Shown here piece by piece: positions 1 to 11,210 of a stretch of 64,000 nucleotides of DNA. The DNA comes from an uncultured Prevotella sp. (lineage in GTDB: Bacteria > Bacteroidota > Bacteroidia > Bacteroidales > Bacteroidaceae), in assembly GCA_964523825.1 (NCBI GenBank), contig CAZGAT010000010.1, positions 14,131-78,130 of the forward strand, in the 5' to 3' direction. Below the pieces are notes generated by a model. The model was not told the origin of the DNA. It made no database searches and saw only the letters and a program-made list of their open reading frames with translations. Both the position numbers and the translations under genes were made by a program. Numbering within the stretch: position 1 is the first letter of the stretch; every line of letters starts with the position of its first letter.

Positions 1-2850
1 GCGCGGAATGTCGGTAATCTGTCCCTGCATAGTCCAACGGCGCAAGAGCGACGTACTCTGGTTGGAGAAGTCCTTGCCGCTTTCAGTCACACGGCGTACT
101 GCGTTGTAGGCATCGTTGCCGACAGAATAGGCGAAATCGACATCAAGCGCGAAGTGCTTGTACTCGAAGCGTGTGTAGAATCCACCAAAGAAGTCGGGGG
201 TGGCAGAACCGAGGACTACCTTGTCGTTGTCGTTAATGCGTCCGTCGCCGTCCTGGTCGATATACTTCATGTCGCCAGCCTGATAAGCTACGCCGTTCTG
301 GTTTACCAGTCCTGCCGCCGTAGCCTCGGCAGTAGTGGCATACACGCCATCGGACTTATAGCCGTAGAAAGCATATGGGTCGCAGCCGACGCGTGAGATT
401 ATCTCCGCACCGTCGGAAAGCGTGGTGATGCTCTGGCTCATACCTCCAAGCCCCTTGAGGGTGTTGTTGAGAGTGGTGAGCGTTCCACCGACTGTCCAAC
501 GGAAATCCTTAGTGTATACAGGGCTGACGTTGAGCGTAAGCTCTATGCCGTTGGAATTGATCTTGGCATCGTTGCTGTAATACGGGCTCGTACCGAGAAT
601 GGCTGTAGTGACACTGCTCATAAGCACGTCGCGAGCCTTGGTGTCATAGTAGTTGAGTCCGAGCTGTATGCGGTTGCGCAGCAGCGATGTCTCGAAACCG
701 AGGCTGACATTATAGTCACGCTCTGCCTTGAGGTTGGTATTAGGCACGTTGGCACGTACTATACCGGCGATGGTCTGATATGGGCGTGAGGTATAATAGT
801 ACTTTCCAAGCTTTGACGAGAAGCGGCTGTTACCCGTAACGCCATACTTGGCAAAGAAGTTCAGCTTGTTGATGAAGTCGACGTGCTTCAGGAATCCGAG
901 TTCCTTTGCCATAAGCACGACTTCGCCTGCGGGATAGATAGAGAAGCGCGTAGCGTCGTCGCCGATAGAAGACGCTCCGTCGGCAGAAGCAGTGACACCG
1001 AGCTTCAACGCGTGAGCGAGAGTGTAGTCGGCATGAGCGTAGAAGTTCATCCAGTTCCACTTGTTGTTGTAACCGGAGAAATATTTACCGAGCTTCTGCG
1101 CGTCGCTCATAGTCTGATAGAAGTCGTTGTTTGAGTTGCGCCCGAATGCGGCATCATACTCGTAGCTGTTCACGACCGCCTGCCAGCCGAGGTTGAAGTT
1201 GAACTTGTTGTTCTCGTTCAAGTTGAGCGCATAGTTGGCATTGGCACCGAAGAATAGATTGAACGTATGGTTCGAACCAGTGCGTACGGAGTTCTCGGCT
1301 GAACCGTACTGGTCGAACAACGGTACTATTGACTTGTCGTCCTTACCCGGTATGAAGACTTCCTCCTGGTTGTAGTTGTAGTACATTCCCACAATACCTG
1401 TCAGGGTAAGGTTCAACAGCGGACGATATATCAGGCGCACGTTGGCGTTGATGTCATACTGGCGGCTCTTGCTCTTGAGCGTATTGACAATGGCGAGAGG
1501 GTTGCTGACCCTGAAGTCCTCGTTGTCAATCGCACCATAATTATATGTAGAGTAATCATCGATGAGGTTGCCGTAGATGTCGCTCTGGTAAGGACTGAGG
1601 AGCGGACTGCGGCGATATGCTGCGAGCATCGGGTTGGTCTCGCTGCTCATGCCCTGCTCCTGATAGTCGCCACTCATGTAGGCGGTATTGATATTAGTCT
1701 GAATCTCGAACTGCTTGCTTACAAGCACGCTGGCGTTAATCTGCGCGTTGTAGCGGTCGAAGTCGGTATTCTTGAGAGTACCCTCGTCCTTCATGTATCC
1801 GAGAGAGATGTTGTACTTGGCGATATTGTCACCACCCTCTACACGGAACAGGTAGTCCATGGTCGAACTGTTGCGGTATATCTGATCCTGCCAGTCGGTA
1901 TCGAACTTGTAGAGGTTGGCGTTGTTGGCGGTAGGATCGGAAAGGAACGTGAAATTGTTGAAGAACTGCTCCATATTGTCATAGTAGGTCAGTCCCACAT
2001 CCTCCAGATAGCTCTTGTACTGCTTGGAGTTCATAAGCGGAATGCGCTGCTTGTTCCAATTGTAGCCGTAGATGGCGGAGAATCCGATCTTCGTCTCCGT
2101 ACTTGCCGCACTTGCCTGCTTGGTCTCTATCATCACGACTCCGTTGGCTCCCATGCTTCCGTATGCGGCAGCATCGGCACCCTTCAGGACGGTGATGTTT
2201 CGTATATCCTGACCGTTGAGAGCCTGGAATACGGCACGGCTGTAACCGCCCGTTGCCTGACTCTCGTTAGGATCCGGCATAAACGGCACGCCATTGATGA
2301 CGACCAGTGGCGACTGGTCGGCTACAAGGCTCTTCAAACCCTGTATCTGTATATAGGAGCCTTCGCCAGGCATACCGCTTTTCTTAATGACGTTAAGTCC
2401 GGCTATCTCGCCCTTTAGTGCATTGTCTATCGAAAGCGAGCCTTCATAGAAGTCCTTGCTGTTGATATTGCTGATCCCGGCAACTGACTGGTCGCCCTCC
2501 ACATTGCCAGTAGGCAGCAACGCGGTTTCATTATACTTGTACTTGTCATTCTCGATGATGTACACAGTGATGGCATCGTCTGTTACCTTCTGTATGTACT
2601 CCAGCTTAGTGAAGTAGCCGTCATGCCAGACGCTAAGTACAGAATTGTCCTTTACACCCGAGATAGTGAAGTTGCCGTCCTTGTCGGTACGCACGGACTT
2701 CGCTCCCGGAGCACTGATGACGGCACCTTCTACCGGCTTGTTGTCGGTAGAGAGTATGCGCCCGCTTATCTTTTGTGCCATTGCCGCCGTCGTCATCATT
2801 GCCGGCAGGGTGAGGCAGAGAAGGGTTTTCTTTATATTGTTGTTGTTCAT
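1..2850 (-). CDS. SusC/RagA-family TonB-linked outer-membrane transporter (second SusC of the FAS1 PUL); 5' part only, C-terminus lies left of the window
   Basis: Not in the ORF track because no stop codon falls inside the window. My minus-strand translation from the ATG at 2848-2850 reads MNNNNIKKTLLCLTLPAMMTTAAMAQKISGRILSTDNKPVEGAVISAPGAKSVRTDKDGNFTISG... and stays open to base 1. It has a carboxypeptidase-regulatory-like N-domain, a plug-like ..LKGADAAAYGSMGANGVVMIETKQ.., then long barrel-type sequence. Confidence 0.85.
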   Translation of the reverse strand, partial: MNNNNIKKTLLCLTLPAMMTTAAMAQKISGRILSTDNKPVEGAVISAPGAKSVRTDKDGNFTISGVKDNSVLSVWHDGYFTKLEYIQKVTDDAITVYIIENDKYKYNETALLPTGNVEGDQSVAGISNINSKDFYEGSLSIDNALKGEIAGLNVIKKSGMPGEGSYIQIQGLKSLVADQSPLVVINGVPFMPDPNESQATGGYSRAVFQALNGQDIRNITVLKGADAAAYGSMGANGVVMIETKQASAASTETKIGFSAIYGYNWNKQRIPLMNSKQYKSYLEDVGLTYYDNMEQFFNNFTFLSDPTANNANLYKFDTDWQDQIYRNSSTMDYLFRVEGGDNIAKYNISLGYMKDEGTLKNTDFDRYNAQINASVLVSKQFEIQTNINTAYMSGDYQEQGMSSETNPMLAAYRRSPLLSPYQSDIYGNLIDDYSTYNYGAIDNEDFRVSNPLAIVNTLKSKSRQYDINANVRLIYRPLLNLTLTGIVGMYYNYNQEEVFIPGKDDKSIVPLFDQYGSAENSVRTGSNHTFNLFFGANANYALNLNENNKFNFNLGWQAVVNSYEYDAAFGRNSNNDFYQTMSDAQKLGKYFSGYNNKWNWMNFYAHADYTLAHALKLGVTASADGASSIGDDATRFSIYPAGEVVLMAKELGFLKHVDFINKLNFFAKYGVTGNSRFSSKLGKYYYTSRPYQTIAGIVRANVPNTNLKAERDYNVSLGFETSLLRNRIQLGLNYYDTKARDVLMSSVTTAILGTSPYYSNDAKINSNGIELTLNVSPVYTKDFRWTVGGTLTTLNNTLKGLGGMSQSITTLSDGAEIISRVGCDPYAFYGYKSDGVYATTAEATAAGLVNQNGVAYQAGDMKYIDQDGDGRINDNDKVVLGSATPDFFGGFYTRFEYKHFALDVDFAYSVGNDAYNAVRRVTESGKDFSNQSTSLLRRWTMQGQITDIPR

Positions 2851-2862
2851 TTCATGAAGATA

Positions 2863-4572
2863 TTAATAGTTATTGACCGTCGGACGCAGACACCAGTGGT
2901 GGAACCTTACAGAGGTCTTGCCAGCCCAGTTATCACACATTATCTTGAACTGCAACTGTACGGGCGAGCCGTCGCCGTTTACGTCAGGTATTGTAATCTC
3001 GTTGAATATCGGACCACCATCAGTATTGTAGTTGCCTGCCTTGCTGTTGCCACCGTGCGCTTTTACGTACGAAGCGTCGTAGCCTTCTGGATAGGTATTG
3101 CTGAGGTCAGCACCACGGTCGTAATGATACGTCGTAGTCGAACCAAGCGTGATTGTCGGCGAGATGGCCACAGACTTGCCGTTTGCCAATACCTCTACCT
3201 TTATGTCAACGCCGGTGTTCTGCACGAAGCCCATAGCCAGACGGTAAGCTCCAGGAGCCACTGTATAAGGAGTAATGGTGCCGTCGGCAAGCAACTTGAT
3301 AGGGGTATAGTCAAGCTCAAATCCCTGGTCGTCGGACACGTCGTCGGGTTTGCCGAGAATCAGCACGCGATTGAATACTGTCGGCCATACTCCCGACCAC
3401 GGAGACCATGCGTCCACTTCTGTGCTACAGTTGTTGAACTTCATATTGAACATACGGAAATACTGTTCCTTCTCCGTATCGCTGCAATTCTCATAATAGT
3501 AGAAATAATCCTTCAAACGATATATGAGCAGGTTTGTAGGCAGGTGCAGCTTCGTCACCTTGTACACTACGCCATTTGAAAGTTCTATCGGATTATCGGC
3601 ATCGACTTTCTGGACGTTTGTACGCCATTGCATACCGTAGATACTGCTCAAGTCTGAAACCTCTGCGGTCTGTATCTCCGAAGGAGAATACTTCTTGTCG
3701 AAGAATGCCGCCTTGAGAATCCAACGGCGCAGAGTATCCTGATTACGGTCGAGTCCCCATTCCTGAAGACGTGCATTGGCATCAGCCATCGCACTTTCGA
3801 TAACGTCGTTGGAGAACAGGAGCATCGTAGCCGTCAGCGACTCTGAATTCATGTCAAAGTCCTTGGCAGAGAAGAAGTCGTTATGATAGATAAACACAGA
3901 GTCATAGACGGTATTACCCTGCTCGTTAACTCCGATAGGCTTGCTGTTTGCCTTGTCGAAGACGTACTTTCCAGAATTAAGAACGAGGCTCTTGAACTCT
4001 GAATAGTTGTCATCGAGGTTCTGAATATAGTCGAACAACGATGTAGGAGTGGTAATCATATCGGAAATGACATACACATATCCGTCATTGGTCTTGATAG
4101 CCTCCTTGACGGCAGCATTGTTAAGCATGATATGGTTCACTATGTATCCCTGCTGTCCCAACGAGTCTATATCGATGGTGACATACTTGCCGTGCCACAT
4201 CATCAACCGCTCGCCATCGTACATATTAACCGGAGATATGGCGATGTCGGAAACATGGCTCTTGGCTACATAGTCGAGATTGGCTGCCGACGGCGATTGG
4301 TAGTTGTCGTTGGTTACTACGAGCATCGTACTCACCTGGTCCTTGGCACGAAGCTTGTCGTAGATACTGTCCTGCTCGAAGAGGGCGTTCATCTCCGACA
4401 GGTCACTACGGCTCTTTATATAGTCTTCCGACGATACATCGACAATCTTCAACTCGTCGTTCTGTATTTCCGTCTGACTGTTGCTGTAATGGTTGTCGTC
4501 GTCAAGATCAGAACAAGACGTGACGGTTAAGACTCCCAACAGCAGTATCAATATCTTATTAATACCTTTCAT
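2863..4572 (-). CDS. Fasciclin (FAS1)-like surface lipoprotein, PUL accessory
   Basis: 569 aa. Lipoprotein signal ..LLLGVLTVTSC. FAS1-like block STMLVVTNDNYQ...NDGYVYVISDMI. The start of the next SusC lies 12 nt downstream. Confidence 0.75.
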   Translation of the reverse strand: MKGINKILILLLGVLTVTSCSDLDDDNHYSNSQTEIQNDELKIVDVSSEDYIKSRSDLSEMNALFEQDSIYDKLRAKDQVSTMLVVTNDNYQSPSAANLDYVAKSHVSDIAISPVNMYDGERLMMWHGKYVTIDIDSLGQQGYIVNHIMLNNAAVKEAIKTNDGYVYVISDMITTPTSLFDYIQNLDDNYSEFKSLVLNSGKYVFDKANSKPIGVNEQGNTVYDSVFIYHNDFFSAKDFDMNSESLTATMLLFSNDVIESAMADANARLQEWGLDRNQDTLRRWILKAAFFDKKYSPSEIQTAEVSDLSSIYGMQWRTNVQKVDADNPIELSNGVVYKVTKLHLPTNLLIYRLKDYFYYYENCSDTEKEQYFRMFNMKFNNCSTEVDAWSPWSGVWPTVFNRVLILGKPDDVSDDQGFELDYTPIKLLADGTITPYTVAPGAYRLAMGFVQNTGVDIKVEVLANGKSVAISPTITLGSTTTYHYDRGADLSNTYPEGYDASYVKAHGGNSKAGNYNTDGGPIFNEITIPDVNGDGSPVQLQFKIMCDNWAGKTSVRFHHWCLRPTVNNY

Positions 4573-4597
4573 AGATGTATTTCGTTTATGCGGTTAC

Positions 4598-6289
4598 TTA
4601 GTTTATCGGGGTGAATGTGATACAGTCTATCTGGATACTGAAGTTCTGGTTGGAACTTGCGGCTGGATCCATGATAACCATATTGAACTGGTGGTTGGCA
4701 GTCTGGTCGAACTCTACCTCATCGTAAATGGTAGACGTGTAAACTCCCGGCATCGCACTCGGCACCTTAGTATATGGAGAGGCAAAAGTGGTGTATTTGT
4801 CATTATCGTCAAATCCGAGTTTTAACAGTCCTCCATTACCTGATGTCTGCTGACGCATGAAGCTGTGGTTAGTCAAATATACTATCGACATCTCAACCTT
4901 ATACTTTCCACGTACCAGTGTCGGTGTGCGCATTGAAACAGAACCCATATACCCGAGGTTGAACACCACGCGATCCAAGTTGTACGCAGTCTTATGGGTG
5001 TTCTTGCAAGTCACATAGTCGATATCACTGTAACTGCGGTTCTTAGTTCCCGACTCACCCATCTCGTAAGTGAAGCATGAAGCCTGTGATATACGGTACC
5101 TCTGTTCTGTCGTTGTCGGTTCTGAAGGCTGATAGTATTCCGTTGGAACCAAATCGCGTATACTGCTGTTGTCTGCCAAATCCCAGACTACGGTTGTCTG
5201 CTCTGGTTCCCATACAGGAAGCCAACTATCGAGTTGGCAAACATATCCGTTCTTGGCCTTTTGCTCACCACTGACGACAAAATGCGCCTTCGTACCGTTG
5301 GCATTCAGCGTAAGCTGTTCTGCTGTATCGGTTGTCAGCGAGTCATACTGCAACGCTATCACCTGGTTGGAAGCGCGGGTATCTATAAGTGACGATACAG
5401 TGCCAGACGAACTCATGCTGTTGACAAGTGCCTCACGGTTGTTGGTGAGTATATGGTAACCCACGAACTCCTTTACAAGAGAGTCGGTAGTGATGTCTTC
5501 TCTGGAATTCTCCTGAAGCTTCGCGATTAGGTCGCTATAGTTGCTGATGCCAACTTGCGCGAAAGTCTGGTCGGTGACGTTAAGCAATGTGTTGTTATAC
5601 GTCTTTATAATACGTCCGCCGTCCTCGTCGGTCAGCGTATCACGCAGAGTCTGCAACTCATGGGCGTATCCCGAAGCGTCAATGGCTTGAAGCATGATTG
5701 ACGAATTGCCACCTTCGCTCAAACGGTCATATATGGACTCCACAAGAGGTGTCATTGCCTTGCTGAGGACATATATCTTGCCATTTGAAGCACTTACTCC
5801 CATCTGTACTATATGACCATCACCGATGCCAGCCTCACCTGCATTCTCTGTGTCGATAGTTATAGGAAGGACATCGTCGCTAAGGTTCGTAACAGTCTTC
5901 ATATTGACGAACTCTTCCGCAAGGATAGAATCCGACACCGTATGGTACAGCACGAACTGTCGCGCATATTCCTTAGTCATTTCAGTATACGAACTGATGC
6001 CACGCTGCTGGTAGAAAGCCTGCATAGCCTCGTTCGTTGGCACGAACGCAGTGAAGCTCGTGCCATTGGAACTCTGGTTGAGGGCATTGAACAAGTCGGC
6101 ATACCGCAATATCCCCGCATATTCGGAGAAGTCTTCCTGACTTTCAAGATACGTGCTTATAGGCGTACCAAGCTCGTCGGCATACGAACCCTTGTAATTG
6201 TCGGAACCGAAGTCAAAGACATCTGAACCGCAACCAGTCAGTCCGAAAGCAGCCACTGCCATTATGAATAATAAATATATCTTTTTCAT
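4598..6289 (-). CDS. Fasciclin (FAS1) domain lipoprotein
   Basis: 563 aa. Lipobox AAFGLTGC. FAS1 signatures FTAFVPTNEAMQAFY and NGKIYVLSKAMTP. Confidence 0.8.
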   Translation of the reverse strand: MKKIYLLFIMAVAAFGLTGCGSDVFDFGSDNYKGSYADELGTPISTYLESQEDFSEYAGILRYADLFNALNQSSNGTSFTAFVPTNEAMQAFYQQRGISSYTEMTKEYARQFVLYHTVSDSILAEEFVNMKTVTNLSDDVLPITIDTENAGEAGIGDGHIVQMGVSASNGKIYVLSKAMTPLVESIYDRLSEGGNSSIMLQAIDASGYAHELQTLRDTLTDEDGGRIIKTYNNTLLNVTDQTFAQVGISNYSDLIAKLQENSREDITTDSLVKEFVGYHILTNNREALVNSMSSSGTVSSLIDTRASNQVIALQYDSLTTDTAEQLTLNANGTKAHFVVSGEQKAKNGYVCQLDSWLPVWEPEQTTVVWDLADNSSIRDLVPTEYYQPSEPTTTEQRYRISQASCFTYEMGESGTKNRSYSDIDYVTCKNTHKTAYNLDRVVFNLGYMGSVSMRTPTLVRGKYKVEMSIVYLTNHSFMRQQTSGNGGLLKLGFDDNDKYTTFASPYTKVPSAMPGVYTSTIYDEVEFDQTANHQFNMVIMDPAASSNQNFSIQIDCITFTPIN

Positions 6290-6344
6290 GTTGCTTTAAT
6301 TTTTGCTATGAGATTAAAGACAATCTATAATCCCTAATCCATTA

Positions 6345-7919
6345 CTACTTTGTAGTTGAATAATACGGGTTCTGCTCCAAGAGCTTGTTGTGCTCAATAT
6401 CGCCCTGCGGTACCGGCATATACCATGCGTTCTCGTCACGAAGTACGGACTCTATCCAAGACTGGTTGGTGGTCTGGTTGCCTTCAAGCACATGGGCAAT
6501 GAACTGGCTCTGGTATTTATGGTTCTGTATGCGTCCGAGCCACAGCAGGTCGTACCAACGCTTGCCCTCTCCCATGAATTCCATTTCTTTTTCATCGAGG
6601 ATTTCCTCAAGGAGTGTCAGCTCGTCAAGTTGTGACAATTGTGCGTCAGCATTCGAGTCTGTCAGGTCAATGTCCTGGAAGTTGTCAAGCCCGGCGCGAT
6701 TGCGTATACGGTTTATAAGCTCTACCGCCTCGCGGTAGTTGCCGAGCATCACCTCTGCCTGCGCCTTCATCATCATGATTTCAGCCACACGGTAGATTAT
6801 GAAGTTGGCATCATTGTTCGTACGCGTACCGCCCTGTATATCCTGCACATCTGTGCCACGGTATTTCCACAGATATAAGTTGTTGGCTGTGTTCCACGTC
6901 GTTGTCGCTTCTCCTTCTGGAATGTATGTTGCGAGAAGCATACGTCCCATGCGCCCAGTTTCATCGTATCCACTTTCCTTCAAGGTCTGTGTTTCCGCCT
7001 TAATTTTCGTAACGGCATCATTGGTGAACTTCAGAGGAGAAGACGTTGACAGCGTGAACAGCGACGAGAAATTGTTGTTCTTCTGGTTGGTGTTGTAATC
7101 CCAGTTAAGCTCGAATATCGACTCATTGGAATTGCCAGGATAGAAGATAGAGAACCAGTCGGTGGTATTTGACATGAATGCCGGACGGAATGCGTCAGTA
7201 GCATTGAGAATCATGTCGGCATACTGTATCGCCTCCTGATAATCCTCGTTCCACAGGCACACGTCGGTCATCAGCGCATAGAGCGCCCACTTGGTGACAC
7301 GTCCCTTGGTCTGCCAGTCTTCTTCATAGGTACCTTTGGCTGCACCTGTGGCAAGTGCTGTCTCTACGTCGCTCTTAATCTGTCGTACTATGGCAGTGTC
7401 GCTCGACTTCGCAAGGTTGAACGACTGTGAGTCGTCATCATAAGGTTCTGTAACCAACGGCACATCACGGTAGTTCTTCAACAGAATGAGATAACTGTAG
7501 GCACGCTGGAAATAGGCTTCGCAAAGATGCGAGTTCAACACCTGGTCATAATAGGTGTCGTCAACGCTCTTTACTCCCGGTGCGTATTTCAGTACCGAGT
7601 TTGCCATATTAATAATATTATACATTACGCTCCACTTGCAGATACTCACATCTGGAGTGAGGTTGAAGTCCTGCAACTTTTGCTCTGCCGACTCTGTAGA
7701 GTACATTGCTCCACCACGCAGCTCACCCCATTTGATGAGCGTAGGTACAGCCTGCTGCATGTCGTAGTAACCTGAAGTTACCACTGCCTCTACATCTTCC
7801 TTCGACTTCCAATAGTCGGTAGCTATCTGCTCGTTGTTTGGTTTGACGTCCAAGTAGTCGTTACACCCGGTGAGGGTAACACCGAACGCCAGCAGCAATA
7901 TTATATTCTTTATCTTCAT
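6345..7919 (-). CDS. SusD/RagB-family nutrient-binding outer-membrane lipoprotein
   Basis: 524 aa. N-terminus MKIKNIILLLAFGVTLTGCNDYLDVKPNN is the classic SusD start. Lies 6 nt downstream of the SusC gene. Confidence 0.93.
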   Translation of the reverse strand: MKIKNIILLLAFGVTLTGCNDYLDVKPNNEQIATDYWKSKEDVEAVVTSGYYDMQQAVPTLIKWGELRGGAMYSTESAEQKLQDFNLTPDVSICKWSVMYNIINMANSVLKYAPGVKSVDDTYYDQVLNSHLCEAYFQRAYSYLILLKNYRDVPLVTEPYDDDSQSFNLAKSSDTAIVRQIKSDVETALATGAAKGTYEEDWQTKGRVTKWALYALMTDVCLWNEDYQEAIQYADMILNATDAFRPAFMSNTTDWFSIFYPGNSNESIFELNWDYNTNQKNNNFSSLFTLSTSSPLKFTNDAVTKIKAETQTLKESGYDETGRMGRMLLATYIPEGEATTTWNTANNLYLWKYRGTDVQDIQGGTRTNNDANFIIYRVAEIMMMKAQAEVMLGNYREAVELINRIRNRAGLDNFQDIDLTDSNADAQLSQLDELTLLEEILDEKEMEFMGEGKRWYDLLWLGRIQNHKYQSQFIAHVLEGNQTTNQSWIESVLRDENAWYMPVPQGDIEHNKLLEQNPYYSTTK

Positions 7920-7925
7920 GTTAGT

Positions 7926-10900
7926 TTAGAAATTGACGGTTAGACCTAAAGCGAAACGCTTTGATACGGGAGTCGTAGCATTGTCCTTGACAAGGCTTGT
8001 TGCTGACGGCAACTTGACCTCAGGGTCTTGTCCCTTGTAGTTAGTCCATGTGAAGAGGTCATAACCAGTAGCGAATACGTTTACCGTGTTTATTCCACAA
8101 TGCAGCTTGGCAAGCAATGCCTTAGGTACGTTCCAACTCAAGGAAAGGGTCTTGAGACGTACGAAAGTAGCATCCTCTACAAAACGGTCACTACCAAGGT
8201 AGTTGTATCCCATACCATAGAGCGCGCGTGGAATATCGGTATCATCACCCTCGTGAGTCCAACGGTTCAAGACAGCCGTGCTCTGGTTAGATGTTCCATA
8301 CATGCTCTCCAAGCTCATACGTGCTCCGTTGATGACCTTCTGACCGAAACGTCCATAGAAGAACGTAGTGAGCGTAAGGCTCTTCCAACGTATCTGGAAG
8401 CCACCGCCACCAGAGAACTTCGGGTTGGCGTTGCCAAGATACACTATGTCGTTCTCGTTGATGACACCATCATGGTTTACATCTTCATATTTGGCATCAC
8501 CAGGATATGTAAGCGTCGTTCCGTTACGCATAACGATAGGACGACCGCTAAAGTCGTTCATCACGTTGCCGTCGGCATCACGCGCATATGTATCTTCGGT
8601 ATTCTGGTATACGCCCTTGTAGCGGTAGCCGTAGAACGCTCCTACTGGCGCGCCCTCGATGATACGAAGTGCATAGTTTCCATTGCCGAACGAATAGTTG
8701 TCGAGACGCCAGCTGCTTGGCAACTCATCCACCTGATTGATGTTGCGGCTCATGTTGGCATTGAGCGTAATGGTCCAATCCTTGTTCTTGAAGGCGGTAT
8801 AGTCGAAACGCAACTCAAATCCCCTGTTGCTCATACGACCAGAGTTGAAGTACTTGATAGAACCGAATCCTGTCGTTGACGGCAGAGAATAGTCTGACAG
8901 CAGCAAGTCCTTGGTCTTCTTGTCATAGTAGTCGAACGTTATGCCGAGCTTGTCCCAGAAACGGAGGTCTACACCGAGGTCGAACTCGCGCGATGTCTCC
9001 CACTTCAAGTTGTCAAGCTGCATACGTGACGGATATATCGCGCTCATATCCATATACTGTCCGAGACTGGTATACGCGCCATAGTAGAGAGAAGCTCCTG
9101 ACGGCGAGTTGCCCGACCAACCGTAGCCGAGACGAAGCTTTGCCTCTGACAGCCATTTCTTGGTTGCCTCGCTCCAGAAGTGTTCCTGATCTATATTCCA
9201 TGCAACACCGAATGCCGGGAAAGTAGCCCAACGGTTGTCACGTCCCATAGACGAGTTACCTGTGTGGTTGATGGTGGCACGTGCCACATAACGGTTGTCA
9301 AATGTATATACAGCCTGTCCTATCATCTCGATGCTACGGGTCTCGCTGTTGCCAGAACCCGATGAAGACACGACACTACCGACAACAGGGTCAGACAGAT
9401 GTTCCGAGGCATTGCCATAGGTGGAACTCGTAGAGCTGTAGCTCTGCGACATCTTGGAACGGAACAGAGCGGTAGCGATAAGGCTGTGCTTCTTGGCAAA
9501 AGTATGGTTGTAGATAAACTTTCCCTCTGTGCGCAGCGAGAATGCATCCGAAGTAGCATCGGTAGACAGGTTGGCAAGGCTGCTCGTCCACAATACGCCG
9601 GTAGCCGTCTGGGGAAGGAACTTCGTGTTCTTGTTGGTACGCATGTTCATAGAAACGTAGCCTTGGAAACGAAGGTCAAACGGGAAGTCATAGTCGAGCG
9701 AGATTGTCAGCTTCTCCTCGCGCGAGGTCGTATTGTTGTAACTGTCGTTGACCATAGCCACAGGGTTGTACTGAGTACTCTTGCCGGAGTAGGAACCCTG
9801 GAAGTTTGACTCTGGAGTGAAATATACTCCTGTACTCTCACCAGTCGTCTGATCAATCCAATACGGGCTCATGTTCGGCATACGCTGCTGCGCTATCGAA
9901 CGGGTCGTATCCCAATAGTTGGCTTCCTTCTTCGTATTGGTGAAACTAAAGTCCGTGTGTACACGCAGACGGTCGGAGAACTTATAGTTGATCTTCATCG
10001 ACGTAGACAGACGGTCAAGTCCTGTTCCACGTGTCGTACCCTGCTCGTCGTAATATCCGAGGTTGAATATATAGGTAGCCTTTTCACCGCCACCCTTCAT
10101 ACTGAAGTTGTTGTCGGTGACTACGGCGTGCTGCTTGACGGCATCGAGCCAGTCGGTATTTACATTATATTCATCGAAATAGCGATAGTCTGGATCATAA
10201 CCGATTTCAGGACTGTTGAACAGCATGTTCATTTCATTGGTAGCGTTCATCACGCCCTTGGCATTGGCTGCGTTCCACAACTCGTCCTGCATAAGCGAGA
10301 CGTACTGTGTTCCATTGAGCAAAGGAATGGACTTCGGCTCAAACTTCGTCGTGAACTTCGACGAGAACGTGAAGTTGGTCTTTCCGGCAGTACCGTTCTT
10401 GGTAGTGATAAGCAATACGCCGTTGGCACCCTTCGTACCATATATGGCTGTTGCCGATGCGTCCTTGAGCACCTCGATGCTCTGGATATTAGAAGGTGTA
10501 ATGTTCAGAAGTGCTCCGAAATCCTCCTCATTGGCGGTAGCGAAGTTGAAATCCTCGCTGATGTCGGTATCGTACGGAACGCCGTCGATGACGATAAGCG
10601 GCTCGGTGTTGGCACTAAGTGTATTGGTACCACGGATACGTATCGAGCTACGCGCGCCAGGGTCACCACCAAGCGTGATGTCAAGTCCGGCAATCTGTCC
10701 TTGCAGTGCCTCCTCGATAGAGCCGACAGGCGACTCTTCCACAATCTTAGTCATATCGATACGCTGGACGGCTGATGTCTGCTCCAGTCTCGATATACCC
10801 ATACCGTCGGTACGGCGACCAACGACAGTAACCTCGTCAAGGTCGTGAGAATCGTCCGACGACAGTACGACATCAAGATGTGTCTGCCCAGTATATTTAT

Positions 10901-11198
10901 ATGTCTGTGACTTCATGCCGATATACGATATACGTATCGACAGCTGCCCCTCATTCTCGGGAACTTCTATGTTGAAGTTACCGTCAATATCGGTGACGGC
11001 ACCCTTGACATATCGGTTTTGCTTGTTGACGAGAACGATGTTCGCGCCGATGATTGGTTCCTTGTCGTTGCCTATCATCTCATTGACGGTACCGGTGATG
11101 ACTTTATTCTGCGCCATCGCTCCTACAGTGCCCACAATGATAAAGGCGAGCAGAAGAATCGTCCTTGAAACTTTATTTAATATTCCAGTTTGGTTCAT
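7926..11198 (-). CDS. SusC/RagA-family TonB-linked outer-membrane transporter
   Basis: 1090 aa. Carboxypeptidase-regulatory-like N-domain (ITGTVNE..DGNFNIEVP), plug (LKDASATAIYGTKGANGVLLITTK), barrel ending ..FALGLTVNF. Confidence 0.95.
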   Translation of the reverse strand: MNQTGILNKVSRTILLLAFIIVGTVGAMAQNKVITGTVNEMIGNDKEPIIGANIVLVNKQNRYVKGAVTDIDGNFNIEVPENEGQLSIRISYIGMKSQTYKYTGQTHLDVVLSSDDSHDLDEVTVVGRRTDGMGISRLEQTSAVQRIDMTKIVEESPVGSIEEALQGQIAGLDITLGGDPGARSSIRIRGTNTLSANTEPLIVIDGVPYDTDISEDFNFATANEEDFGALLNITPSNIQSIEVLKDASATAIYGTKGANGVLLITTKNGTAGKTNFTFSSKFTTKFEPKSIPLLNGTQYVSLMQDELWNAANAKGVMNATNEMNMLFNSPEIGYDPDYRYFDEYNVNTDWLDAVKQHAVVTDNNFSMKGGGEKATYIFNLGYYDEQGTTRGTGLDRLSTSMKINYKFSDRLRVHTDFSFTNTKKEANYWDTTRSIAQQRMPNMSPYWIDQTTGESTGVYFTPESNFQGSYSGKSTQYNPVAMVNDSYNNTTSREEKLTISLDYDFPFDLRFQGYVSMNMRTNKNTKFLPQTATGVLWTSSLANLSTDATSDAFSLRTEGKFIYNHTFAKKHSLIATALFRSKMSQSYSSTSSTYGNASEHLSDPVVGSVVSSSGSGNSETRSIEMIGQAVYTFDNRYVARATINHTGNSSMGRDNRWATFPAFGVAWNIDQEHFWSEATKKWLSEAKLRLGYGWSGNSPSGASLYYGAYTSLGQYMDMSAIYPSRMQLDNLKWETSREFDLGVDLRFWDKLGITFDYYDKKTKDLLLSDYSLPSTTGFGSIKYFNSGRMSNRGFELRFDYTAFKNKDWTITLNANMSRNINQVDELPSSWRLDNYSFGNGNYALRIIEGAPVGAFYGYRYKGVYQNTEDTYARDADGNVMNDFSGRPIVMRNGTTLTYPGDAKYEDVNHDGVINENDIVYLGNANPKFSGGGGFQIRWKSLTLTTFFYGRFGQKVINGARMSLESMYGTSNQSTAVLNRWTHEGDDTDIPRALYGMGYNYLGSDRFVEDATFVRLKTLSLSWNVPKALLAKLHCGINTVNVFATGYDLFTWTNYKGQDPEVKLPSATSLVKDNATTPVSKRFALGLTVNF

Positions 11199-11210
11199 AG
11201 TGTTACGTTT